The position numbers were made by a program, and so were the translations under genes. A stretch of 60,703 bases of DNA, taken from assembly GCA_029287615.1 (NCBI GenBank), contig JARFQV010000223.1, positions 1-60,703 of the forward strand, in the 5' to 3' direction. Every line of letters begins with the position of its first letter. The stretch's first letter is position 1. This stretch comes from Pseudomonadota bacterium. Its GTDB lineage: Bacteria > Pseudomonadota > Gammaproteobacteria > UBA9214. The notes beneath the pieces were generated by a model. The model saw only the letters and a list, made by a program, of their open reading frames with translations. It was not told where the DNA came from and did not search any database. This document shows, piece by piece, positions 36,444 to 45,087 of the stretch.

Positions 36444-37703
36444 CTAGTCCAGTGACGGTATGGGTTGCTCAAGGCGCAGCATCTCGTCGAACGACTCGCG
36501 TCGGCGTATTTCATGTATGCGATTACCATCTACCAGGATTTCGGCAGGGCGTGGTCTTGAATTGTAGTTGGAACTCATCGTAAAACCGTAGGCGCCAGCC
36601 GAACGTACGGCCAGCGTTTCACCGGGTTTTATCGCCAGTCGGCGTTCCTTGCCGATAAAATCACCCGTCTCACATACCGGTCCAACGACATCGTAGATTT
36701 TTGCCGATTCACCGCTGGATTGCTGTACCGGTATAATATCATGCCAGGCTGTATATAATGCCGGACGCAATAGGTCATTCATTGCGGAATCAACGATTGC
36801 GAAATTCCTGGTTTCCGTCTCCTTGAGGTAGAGAATATTCGTCAGCAGTATTCCTGCATTTCCCGCAATCGCGCGCCCGGGCTCGATGATTATTTCATAG
36901 CTGGATTCACCCAGCAGTTCCAGTAATGGATGCATGTATTCTTCAGGTGAAGGCATCCTGTCTCCCGGTCGATAGGGGATTCCAAGCCCTCCGCCAATAT
37001 CGATGTGGTGTATGCTGATACCATTCTGTTCCAGTCGAGACACGAGCAGGAGCAAGCGCTCAAGTGAGGCAGACAACGGACTGCTGTCAGTCAGTTGAGA
37101 TCCGATATGGCAATCGATACCGGTGATATTGATATAAGGCATATCCGCTGCATCACGATAGACATCAAATGCCGTTTCAATATCGATACCAAACTTGTTC
37201 TCCTTCAGGCCTGTCGATATGTAGGGGTGGGTTCCGGCGTCGACGTCCGGATTCACGCGTATGGATACCGGTGCCTGTCGCCCGCTTTGAGCGGCTATCT
37301 TGTTCAGAAGCTCGAGTTCACCATAAGACTCTACGTTGAAGCAACGGATGCCCTGCTCCAGCGCGATACGCATCTCATCGGCAGTCTTGCCGACACCGGA
37401 GAAGACCACCTTTCCCGGGTCGCCGCCGGCAAGTAGCACACGCTCGAGTTCTCCTCCGGAAACGATGTCAAAGCCCGAACCCAGCCGTCCAAGAATATGC
37501 AGTACCGACAGATTGGAATTGGCTTTTACGGCGTAGCAGACCAGGTGCCTGCGGCCGGATAGCGCGGAGTCGAATGCACGCCAGTGCCTTTCCAGGGTGG
37601 CACGGGAGTAGACATAGCATGGTGTACCCCAGGCCTTTACAATCTCCCGGATGTCGATATCCTCTGCATGCAGATGGCCATCATGGTAATGAAAATAGTC
37701 CAT
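36444..37703 (-). CDS. lysA: diaminopimelate decarboxylase
   Basis: ORF 36444..37949, trimmed to the ATG at 37703 (MDYFHYHDGHLHAEDIDIREIVKAWGTPCYVYS). The PLP-Lys context YAVKANSN is present. The upstream part of the ORF is occupied, in another frame, by lptM. Confidence 0.94.
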   Translation of the reverse strand: MDYFHYHDGHLHAEDIDIREIVKAWGTPCYVYSRATLERHWRAFDSALSGRRHLVCYAVKANSNLSVLHILGRLGSGFDIVSGGELERVLLAGGDPGKVVFSGVGKTADEMRIALEQGIRCFNVESYGELELLNKIAAQSGRQAPVSIRVNPDVDAGTHPYISTGLKENKFGIDIETAFDVYRDAADMPYINITGIDCHIGSQLTDSSPLSASLERLLLLVSRLEQNGISIHHIDIGGGLGIPYRPGDRMPSPEEYMHPLLELLGESSYEIIIEPGRAIAGNAGILLTNILYLKETETRNFAIVDSAMNDLLRPALYTAWHDIIPVQQSSGESAKIYDVVGPVCETGDFIGKERRLAIKPGETLAVRSAGAYGFTMSSNYNSRPRPAEILVDGNRIHEIRRRESFDEMLRLEQPIPSLD

Positions 37704-37714
37704 TGACGACTCGC

Positions 37715-37867
37715 TTATGGTGTTGGTTCCGATGGTTTTTCTTCGGATTGCTCTTCCGGAGGGGGCAGATAGAGCTTGCCTGTTCGACCGCAACCGGAAG
37801 AAAGGATCAAGGTAGTTGCGATAACGAACACGGTCCACATGCGAGTATATGGGTAGCGAACATTCAT
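37715..37867 (-). CDS. lptM: LPS-assembly lipoprotein LptM (YifL-like)
   Basis: Below the ORF-track size cut-off. My translation: MNVRYPYTRMWTVFVIATTLILSSGCGRTGKLYLPPPEEQSEEKPSEPTP. It has a lipobox LSSGC followed by G-x-x-G-x-LYLP, as in E. coli LptM (LTGCGLKGPLYFP). It lies directly upstream of lysA-dapF. Confidence 0.8.
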   Translation of the reverse strand: MNVRYPYTRMWTVFVIATTLILSSGCGRTGKLYLPPPEEQSEEKPSEPTP

Positions 37868-37947
37868 AGGAAACTCCCGAACAGAGCGAGTCAGATACGT
37901 CGTTCCAGTATAAGGCCGGTTTGCGTGAAACCCAATGGTAACAGGAC

Positions 37948-38634
37948 ATGAAGCAGAAACTCCTAGATGCGATAGTAATCGAACCTCGCTCCAGCGCTCA
38001 CGGGAGTCTTATTCTGCTGCATGGACTAGGCGCGAATGGTCATGATTTTGAGCCGCTGATTCCTGAACTGGATATAGTGGACAGGCTGGGTGTCCGGGTG
38101 ATTCTGCCGCATGCGCCACATCGTCCGGTTACCATCAATGCGGGTATGCGTATGCCGGCATGGTATGACATTACCGCTGCCAGCATGACAGAAGACGAAG
38201 ACAGCATCGGAATACGTGAGTCCGGGGAGGCGCTGGTGGCCCTGATTGAGCGAGAGCTTGAGACTGGACTGCCGGCTGAGCGGATTGTTCTGGCAGGATT
38301 CTCACAGGGTGGGGCAATCGCACTTCATGCAGGTATGCGCTTTCCGCAGCAACTGGCGGGAATTATGGTCCTGTCCGCTTATCTGCCCCTTGCCACGAAG
38401 CTCCCGGAAGAGGCTCATCCAGCAAACCAAGCAACGCCGATAATGATGGCGCACGGCACCGCGGATCCGATTGTACCACTCGCGCTGGCCAGTGATTCCT
38501 GTAGTCGGCTGAAAGGGATGGGTTACAAGATAGAGTGGCGTGAATATGCCATGATGCATAGCGTTTGTGCCGAGGAAGTTGAGGATATTCGGAACTGGCT
38601 GCATGCGCAGCTCACGCCAGACCGCCAGGTTTGA
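37948..38634 (+). CDS. alpha/beta hydrolase, phospholipase/carboxylesterase family
   Basis: LILLHGLGANGHDF, the nucleophile elbow GFSQGG, and the Asp/His contexts HGTADPIV and AMMHSV. Confidence 0.88.
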   Translation: MKQKLLDAIVIEPRSSAHGSLILLHGLGANGHDFEPLIPELDIVDRLGVRVILPHAPHRPVTINAGMRMPAWYDITAASMTEDEDSIGIRESGEALVALIERELETGLPAERIVLAGFSQGGAIALHAGMRFPQQLAGIMVLSAYLPLATKLPEEAHPANQATPIMMAHGTADPIVPLALASDSCSRLKGMGYKIEWREYAMMHSVCAEEVEDIRNWLHAQLTPDRQV

Positions 38635-38636
38635 TT

Positions 38637-39464
38637 CTACAAAACGTGCAGGTTACCCCTTCCGTTACCGCAGGCCGCTTCCAGTGCTGATTGCGCACGA
38701 TGCAAGAGTGAATCGGCGTTGTCATTTTTTCTGCAATCAGTGATTCCGTAGTATATATTGATCCGGTGATTGAGCTGATTGTCTGCAAGCTGCGCAAGAT
38801 GCTTGTTGAGCTTGCCTGACAGTTTCACAGCATCATCCCTTTCTGTTTCCTGAAGCACCACAATAAAATCATGTTGGTCATTACAGCCGACAAGGTCAGC
38901 CCATCGCAGTTGGTCCATCAGCAGCTCAGCAACCTTGTCCAGCAGGCTGATGTCCTTCTGCTGTGTTGAAATTGCAAGCATCACAACAGAGAGAGGGTTG
39001 TTGTACCGGCGGCTGCGGGCTACCAGAGGCTCCAGCAACAGCAGCATTCCACGTCGATTCAGGAGACTGGTTAGTGTACGATCCTTGAGAGAGAGTTCCC
39101 TGGTTTTCTCGATCAGCTGATTACGTTCGCGTTCAACCTGCTGGCGACTGGTTACATCACGGTAAAAGCGCACACTGCCCGCATCTTTTCCCTTCAGTGG
39201 GATAACATCGATTTCCAGAATCCTCATTCTGTCATTTGGATCTATCCAGCGCACCAGCGTGTCTGTACCGAGCAGGGGGGAAAGGCGCACGGCACCAGAT
39301 ATACTTGAAAACTTGTCCGGGCACTCGTGACCTGACTCTCCGATCAGTTCGAGCATCGCGCGGTTGCAGGCGCGTACCTTTCCGGCATGATCGAGTAGCA
39401 GCATTGCCAGTGGACTGGATTCCAGTATTTCGACGGCTTGGTTTGGTGCTAGTTGTTCCAGCAT
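38637..39464 (-). CDS. PAS domain protein with a degenerate (catalytically inactive) GGDEF domain
   Basis: The N-terminal PAS-like region is followed by DRTLTSLLNRRGM (the D-x-LTGL-x-NRR block). The GGDEF position reads NDQHDF, and the metal-binding D-x-D-x-FK block reads AISTQQ. Confidence 0.75.
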   Translation of the reverse strand: MLEQLAPNQAVEILESSPLAMLLLDHAGKVRACNRAMLELIGESGHECPDKFSSISGAVRLSPLLGTDTLVRWIDPNDRMRILEIDVIPLKGKDAGSVRFYRDVTSRQQVERERNQLIEKTRELSLKDRTLTSLLNRRGMLLLLEPLVARSRRYNNPLSVVMLAISTQQKDISLLDKVAELLMDQLRWADLVGCNDQHDFIVVLQETERDDAVKLSGKLNKHLAQLADNQLNHRINIYYGITDCRKNDNADSLLHRAQSALEAACGNGRGNLHVL

Positions 39465-39466
39465 AT

Positions 39467-39835
39467 TCAGTCATACTCCCCTGCGCGGCGCGCTGATCCT
39501 TTTACCTTGTGCGCCGGATACCGTTTTTCATTGATTCCGATCTTGTCCGCAGCAGCCTGCAGCAGATCAATATCCAGTCTGTCGGCAAGTCTGGCCAGAT
39601 ATATCAGGATATCGGCCAGTTCGAGGCGAATCTCAGCCTTCCTTCCCTCATCCAGATGGCAGCTTTCTTTTTCTGTAACCCATTGAAAATGTTCAACAAG
39701 CTCTGCCGCTTCCGCAATCAGTGCCATGCTCAGGTTTTTGGGTGTATGGAATCGATCCCACTCGCGTCTGGCTGCGAAGAGCGCCAGTTCACGTCGCAGG
39801 TCATCAAGATCGTTAATTACCGGTGAGTCGGTCAT
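39467..39835 (-). CDS. MazG-like nucleotide pyrophosphohydrolase
   Basis: ORF 39467..39847 (GTG start); the ATG at 39835 is likely. REWDRFHTPKNLSMALIAEAAELVEHFQW...EIRLELADILIYLARLADRLDIDL is a MazG/dCTPase-like pattern. Its stop lies 2 nt before the PAS-GGDEF-like ATG. Confidence 0.8.
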   Translation of the reverse strand: MTDSPVINDLDDLRRELALFAARREWDRFHTPKNLSMALIAEAAELVEHFQWVTEKESCHLDEGRKAEIRLELADILIYLARLADRLDIDLLQAAADKIGINEKRYPAHKVKGSARRAGEYD

Positions 39836-39957
39836 GGGTACCTGCACGAATAGTTCGGTGTGGACATTTCCCCAATATCAATAAACACATGGAGCTGCCG
39901 CTATAGAGATGCCGGGAGCCTGATCGTGAATAACGGGGTGGAAGTCAGAACAATACC

Positions 39958-40692
39958 ATGTTCAGCATATTGCAGGATAGACGGGGGTGTAATCGCGTAC
40001 TGGTTACTGTGCTGCTTGCGCTGACCAGCTACTGTTCGGTTGCAATTGCTGCTGCGGCCGAAATTCGTGGTGTGGTGAGTATAAAGAATACGGGTCTGTT
40101 TCATGCAGAAGGAGATACCGGACCAGTCAGAATAAGTGTCACCGCATTACCGCTGGATGCACAAACACTTCCAGAAACACCTGAGCAGGTACACGTCATG
40201 GTGCTGGAAGACAAGCAACTGCAACCGGCATTTATGACTATTCAGAAAGGGGACTATATTGAGTTTGTCAATAAGGATCCTGTCTATCATGAGCTGTTTT
40301 CTCTTTCAAAAGGTGCTCCTGTTGCGATGCAACTGGGTAAGGCAGGTACACACGGAATGAGGCGTGCTGTGCAGTTTGCAGAGAGCGCGGAGTGGCGGTT
40401 GTTCTGCCGTATTCACAGCAAAATGTATGCGCGTGTGGATGTAATTGATTCACCATATATCCGAATGATGGATGAAGGTGGTGACTTCGCATTCGATGGG
40501 CTTGATGCCGGAGAATGGCAGATCAGGGTGGCAGCACCTGGTGCAGTAACAAGTAGTGCCAATGTCATGGCCATGATTGCACCACCACCGGTACAAATTG
40601 ATTTATACACGCTGGGAGGAAGTTGGCAACAAAACCGGACCGGTCGTGATCATTCGAGGGACCTTGTGGAAACACTTTATCCGGAAAACTGA
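39958..40692 (+). CDS. exported cupredoxin-like protein (putative type-1 copper site) plus C-terminal beta-sandwich
   Basis: Signal peptide ending AIAAAA. GDYIEFVNKDPVYHELFS ... FCRIHSKMYARVDV provides His...Cys-x2-His-x2-Met, the amicyanin-type ligand spacing. Confidence 0.7.
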   Translation: MFSILQDRRGCNRVLVTVLLALTSYCSVAIAAAAEIRGVVSIKNTGLFHAEGDTGPVRISVTALPLDAQTLPETPEQVHVMVLEDKQLQPAFMTIQKGDYIEFVNKDPVYHELFSLSKGAPVAMQLGKAGTHGMRRAVQFAESAEWRLFCRIHSKMYARVDVIDSPYIRMMDEGGDFAFDGLDAGEWQIRVAAPGAVTSSANVMAMIAPPPVQIDLYTLGGSWQQNRTGRDHSRDLVETLYPEN

Positions 40693-40747
40693 TGTGACCA
40701 GGAATAAAGCGAATGCCCGTGAGGGCTGCTGATAGCCGGCACATGCA

Positions 40748-43522
40748 ATGTTAAATGCAAATATGAATATAGAACGAAAAAATACCCTGTTTGTTGTTGC
40801 ACTGGTTTTAATGGTGCTCGGCAGTGTAGCGGCGGTCGCCTACTCACTGATAAACAGTCATGTTCGCAATAGCATGGAACACGACATGAGGCGATCACAC
40901 CAGGTTCTGCGGGAGGCAGAGAAAAATAACTTCGAGCAATTGCTGACTACGGCAAAGGCCATCACCAGTGAACCTAGTCTGGTTGCAGCAACACTCACTA
41001 TGGATATCCCTACAATCAGCGGAATGCTGGAAGACCTGTATTTGCGACCGGGTATCGATATGCTGGCGATATATCTGGATACCGGGCCGGAGGGTGTGAC
41101 TGGTATGGGACGAAGACCTCATTTCTTCTCACCGCAGGTGCTTGCATCTCCAATACTGCAGGAACTGGTGAATAGTGTGATAAATGGCGAGGAATTTGCC
41201 TATGGCAACTCGCTTGTATTCGACACCTTGCTGAAACTGGTAGCTATTCCCATAGTAAATCCCATTGGTGGCAAGATCGGGGTTTTAGTAGCAGGTAATG
41301 CATTCGACCAGGCAAGTGTTGAGTACTTGAAACAGCTGGTCAGGACCGATGTCATGTTTTACCGGGGTAATGTTGTTCTTGGTACTACAGAACCTACCCT
41401 TGCCAAACTTGTGACAGGGCATGAGATTGATAGAAGAAGTACGAATGACCTGATCGATATATCAGCAGGTGGCGTTGAATATATGGTTCAGGTGCATCGT
41501 TTGATTTCCAGTATCGGCAATATGCAGGAAGCAGCCAAAATATTGCTCGCGCGACCAAAAAATGAATACTGGGAGTCCTATGCCAGCCTGGGCAGGAAGG
41601 CATTATATCTTTCGATGTTTATTCTGCTGATTGCGGCCTTCCTGGGGATTGCTATCAGTCGTGCTACATTGACACGTCCCATCAGTGAGCTGTTAGAGGC
41701 TACGCGCAAGATTTCCAGAGGTGATCTGAGCAGCAGGGTGCTGCTGCACAGTAAAGACGAACTGGGGGAACTGGCTGGTGCTTATAACGGAATGATGGCT
41801 AGCCTGCTGAAATCCCGCTCGGAACTCGAGAAGAGCCGGAAAAGATTCAGTGATTTCGCCGACAGTTCCTCCGACTGGCTTTGGGAAACAGACATAAGCG
41901 GTCGATTCATCTACGTATCACAAGGTGTAAAGTCTTCTCTTGGCATGCCAGCCGAAAATTTACTTGGCAGGTCGCTTGACGATTTGTTTCCGGAGAGCAA
42001 TCTGGACAAGCTGATGCAACAGTTACGTACTGGTGAGTGCAAACCTGAACCTTTCAGGGACCTGGAGTGCCTCGTTCGCACCTGCGAAGGGAAACAGCTA
42101 ACAATGCGACTGAACGGAATTCCTGTTTACAGCAAGAATGCTTGCACCGGTTATCGTGGTACTACTCGTGATATCACTCGTGACAAACAGGATCAGCAGC
42201 GGATGATGGTCCTGGCCAACCAGGACTATCTCACAGGCTTGATGAACAGACGTCGTTTTTTGAAGGATCTGGAGTATGAAGTTCACAGGGCGGATATGAG
42301 AGGGACTAATGGTGCGCTGATTCTGATCGACCTTGACCATTTGAAACTGGTTAATGACACCGCAGGGCATTCCGCGGGTGATGACATCCTTGTCCGTGTA
42401 GCAGAACTGTTGCGGCACATGTTTTCAGACCAGGACATGGTGGCCCGCTTGAGCGGAGATGAGTTTGCAGTTGCATTCAGTGAAATGGACGGGCAGCTTG
42501 CCAGAAACAAGGCGAAGGAAATACTGGCACAGATTAACAGCCTGAGATCGAATCATAACGGGCGCAGTATCAATGTGTCTGCAAGTATAGGTATTGTCGC
42601 CTTCCCGGCACAAGGCAATAATCCGGTGGAATTGCTGGCAAAGGCAGATACTGCCATGTATGCAGCCAAGGATGCAGGAAGGAATCGAGCACAGTTCTAC
42701 AATGAAGAGGATCTGAGCCGGGAGCGCATGGATAATCAGCTGACCTGGAAAAGCAGGATCAAGCACGCTCTGGATCAAGATCTTTTCGTTCTGGTATTCC
42801 AGCCGATTGTTGCTGCATATGGTGGTGGAGTTCACCATTATGAGGTCTTGCTTCGTATGCGCGATCAGGATGGCAGCCTGATCCCGCCGAGCCAGTTTAT
42901 TCCGGTAGCGGAGAGATTCGGACTGATCAATCAGGTTGACAGGGTGGTAGTGGTAAAAGCCATACGGTATCTCGCTGAGATAGGTGCCGGATCTTCAATC
43001 GGGCTTGCTATCAATCTGTCCGGAATTTCGGTTGGTGATGATGATATGCTGGGATTGATCAGGCATGAAATATCACATAGTGGCGTGTCGCCGGAACAGC
43101 TGACATTTGAAATTACAGAAAGTGCAGCCTGCGAACACTTGAACAGGGCATCACAGTTCATTCAGGACCTGAGACAAATGGGCTGTCATGCGGCACTGGA
43201 TGATTTCGGGGTTGGATTCTCCTCCTTCGCTTACCTGAAAAACCTCCATGTGGATTCCATCAAGATCGATGGCAGTTTTATACGCGAAATTCATGAAAGC
43301 AAGGCGGATCAGCTTTTTGTAAAAGCGTTGATTAATGTCGCCAGCGGACTCGGGATGACGACAACAGCAGAGTTTGTGGAAAACCAGCAGATATTCGATA
43401 CGGTACGGGATCTCGGTATAGATTATGTGCAGGGATACCACGTTGTGCGTCCGATGGGTTCGATTGACGCGGCTGTCGGGCAAGAAGCCGATGTGTTGGA
43501 TGAGGCGTTGGTGTCAGGATAG
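40748..43522 (+). CDS. membrane sensor: periplasmic domain-HAMP-PAS-GGDEF-EAL c-di-GMP turnover protein
   Basis: Two TM segments flank a ~250-aa periplasmic region, followed by a HAMP domain (RPISELLEATRKISRGDLSSRV...DELGELAGAYNGM) and a PAS domain. The GGDEF motif reads SGDEF. The EAL domain has YEVLLR, DDFGVGFSSF, KIDGSF and QGY. Confidence 0.9.
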   Translation: MLNANMNIERKNTLFVVALVLMVLGSVAAVAYSLINSHVRNSMEHDMRRSHQVLREAEKNNFEQLLTTAKAITSEPSLVAATLTMDIPTISGMLEDLYLRPGIDMLAIYLDTGPEGVTGMGRRPHFFSPQVLASPILQELVNSVINGEEFAYGNSLVFDTLLKLVAIPIVNPIGGKIGVLVAGNAFDQASVEYLKQLVRTDVMFYRGNVVLGTTEPTLAKLVTGHEIDRRSTNDLIDISAGGVEYMVQVHRLISSIGNMQEAAKILLARPKNEYWESYASLGRKALYLSMFILLIAAFLGIAISRATLTRPISELLEATRKISRGDLSSRVLLHSKDELGELAGAYNGMMASLLKSRSELEKSRKRFSDFADSSSDWLWETDISGRFIYVSQGVKSSLGMPAENLLGRSLDDLFPESNLDKLMQQLRTGECKPEPFRDLECLVRTCEGKQLTMRLNGIPVYSKNACTGYRGTTRDITRDKQDQQRMMVLANQDYLTGLMNRRRFLKDLEYEVHRADMRGTNGALILIDLDHLKLVNDTAGHSAGDDILVRVAELLRHMFSDQDMVARLSGDEFAVAFSEMDGQLARNKAKEILAQINSLRSNHNGRSINVSASIGIVAFPAQGNNPVELLAKADTAMYAAKDAGRNRAQFYNEEDLSRERMDNQLTWKSRIKHALDQDLFVLVFQPIVAAYGGGVHHYEVLLRMRDQDGSLIPPSQFIPVAERFGLINQVDRVVVVKAIRYLAEIGAGSSIGLAINLSGISVGDDDMLGLIRHEISHSGVSPEQLTFEITESAACEHLNRASQFIQDLRQMGCHAALDDFGVGFSSFAYLKNLHVDSIKIDGSFIREIHESKADQLFVKALINVASGLGMTTTAEFVENQQIFDTVRDLGIDYVQGYHVVRPMGSIDAAVGQEADVLDEALVSG

Positions 43523-43579
43523 CTTACTGCAGTGCCTGGATCAGAATTCTGTATGTCGAGAATGCAAATTCAGCATATG

Positions 43580-44980
43580 TCAGGCACTGTTTTCCATTCT
43601 GATTCGAGCTCGCTGCGCGGCCATTCGCACCTGCTCCGGTGCCGTTCCCCCGGTATGACTTCGTGCTGATACCGATCCATCGAGTGTCAGGAAATCGAAA
43701 ACGTCCTTGTCAATTACCGATGAAAATTCCTGTAATTTATCAAGTGATACATTGGCAAGGTCTTGTCCTGCCTCTATACAAAAGCGCACGGCACGCCCAA
43801 CGATCTCATGGGCGTCCCGGAAAGCCACGCCCTTGCGGACAAGATAGTCTGCGAGATCAGTTGCTGTTGAAAAGCCCTGTTTTGCCGCATTTCTCATCTG
43901 CTCATGCTTTATCCGAACGGATGGCATCATGTCAGCAAATACCCGAAGTGAACCGCTTAGCGTGTCAACCGTGTCGAACAAGGGTTCCTTGTCCTCCTGA
44001 TTGTCCCTGTTGTAGGCGAGAGGCTGTCCTTTCATGATCGTCAGTATGGAAATCAGGTCACCGGTTACCCTGCCGGTTTTACCGCGAACCAGTTCCGGTA
44101 CATCCGGTTTCTTTTTCTGCGGCTTGATGCTGGATCCAGTGCAGAAACTGTCCGGCAGCTCGATAAAATCAAAACGGCTGGAAGACCACAGTACAAGCTC
44201 TTCCGAGAATCTTGAGAGATGCGTCATGGTAATTGCGGCACAGGCGCAGAATTCAATTACGAAATCGCGATCGCTGACGGCATCCAGAGAATTTTCAGCG
44301 GGTGATGCAAAGCCCAGCAGTTGCGCCGTGTATTCCCTGTCTATGGGGAAAGTGGTTCCTGCGAGTGCGGCTGAACCGAGAGGCATGACGTTAACACGCC
44401 TGCGGCAGTCGCTTATGCGTTGGCGATCCCTTTCCAGCATTTCAAACCATGCCAGCATGTGGTGACCAAGGGTGACAGGCATAGCAACCTGCATGTGGGT
44501 AAAGCCGGGCATGACGGAGCCTGCTTCCCTTTCGGCAATGTCAAGGAGTGCCGATTGCAGTTTCTGCAGGATCACCAGTATAGAGTCTATTTCTGTACGT
44601 AAATACAGACGCATGTCTGTTGCAACCTGGTCGTTGCGTGACCTGCCGGTGTGGAGTTTTTTGCCGGTTTCACCAATCAGTTCAATGAGCCGTGCCTCGA
44701 TGTTCATGTGCACGTCTTCCAGCGCATCCGACCAGCGGAAATCGCCACTGTCGATTTCGCGCCGAATCTGTTCCAGAGCCGCAATGATCTTTTCTGTATC
44801 TTCCTGTTTCAGCACACCGACCCGCCCGAGCATGCGGGCATGTGCTATGGATCCCGAAATATCATGCGGGTACAGTCGCTGGTCGAATTTTACAGACGCC
44901 GTGAAGAGCTCAACAAAGCGGTCAGTTGACTCAGTAAAGCGGCCTCCCCAGGGTTTGCTGGTTTTATCGTCTTGTGACAT
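43580..44980 (-). CDS. argH: argininosuccinate lyase (signature loop atypical)
   Basis: ORF 43580..45022, trimmed to the ATG at 44980 ([19 protein letters not shown]). [12 protein letters not shown] and LDAVSDRDF are present, but the signature loop reads [12 protein letters not shown] rather than GSS-x-MPQKKNPD. Confidence 0.88.
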   Translation of the reverse strand: MSQDDKTSKPWGGRFTESTDRFVELFTASVKFDQRLYPHDISGSIAHARMLGRVGVLKQEDTEKIIAALEQIRREIDSGDFRWSDALEDVHMNIEARLIELIGETGKKLHTGRSRNDQVATDMRLYLRTEIDSILVILQKLQSALLDIAEREAGSVMPGFTHMQVAMPVTLGHHMLAWFEMLERDRQRISDCRRRVNVMPLGSAALAGTTFPIDREYTAQLLGFASPAENSLDAVSDRDFVIEFCACAAITMTHLSRFSEELVLWSSSRFDFIELPDSFCTGSSIKPQKKKPDVPELVRGKTGRVTGDLISILTIMKGQPLAYNRDNQEDKEPLFDTVDTLSGSLRVFADMMPSVRIKHEQMRNAAKQGFSTATDLADYLVRKGVAFRDAHEIVGRAVRFCIEAGQDLANVSLDKLQEFSSVIDKDVFDFLTLDGSVSARSHTGGTAPEQVRMAAQRARIRMENSA

Positions 44981-45087
44981 TGGTAAAAGTACGTGTTTGT
45001 GAACAGTTACAGTATAAACCAATTAGTAGCTTGTATGTGCCACTGGATTAATCACAGGCAGACTGAATATCCATTGCAGGCTGCATC

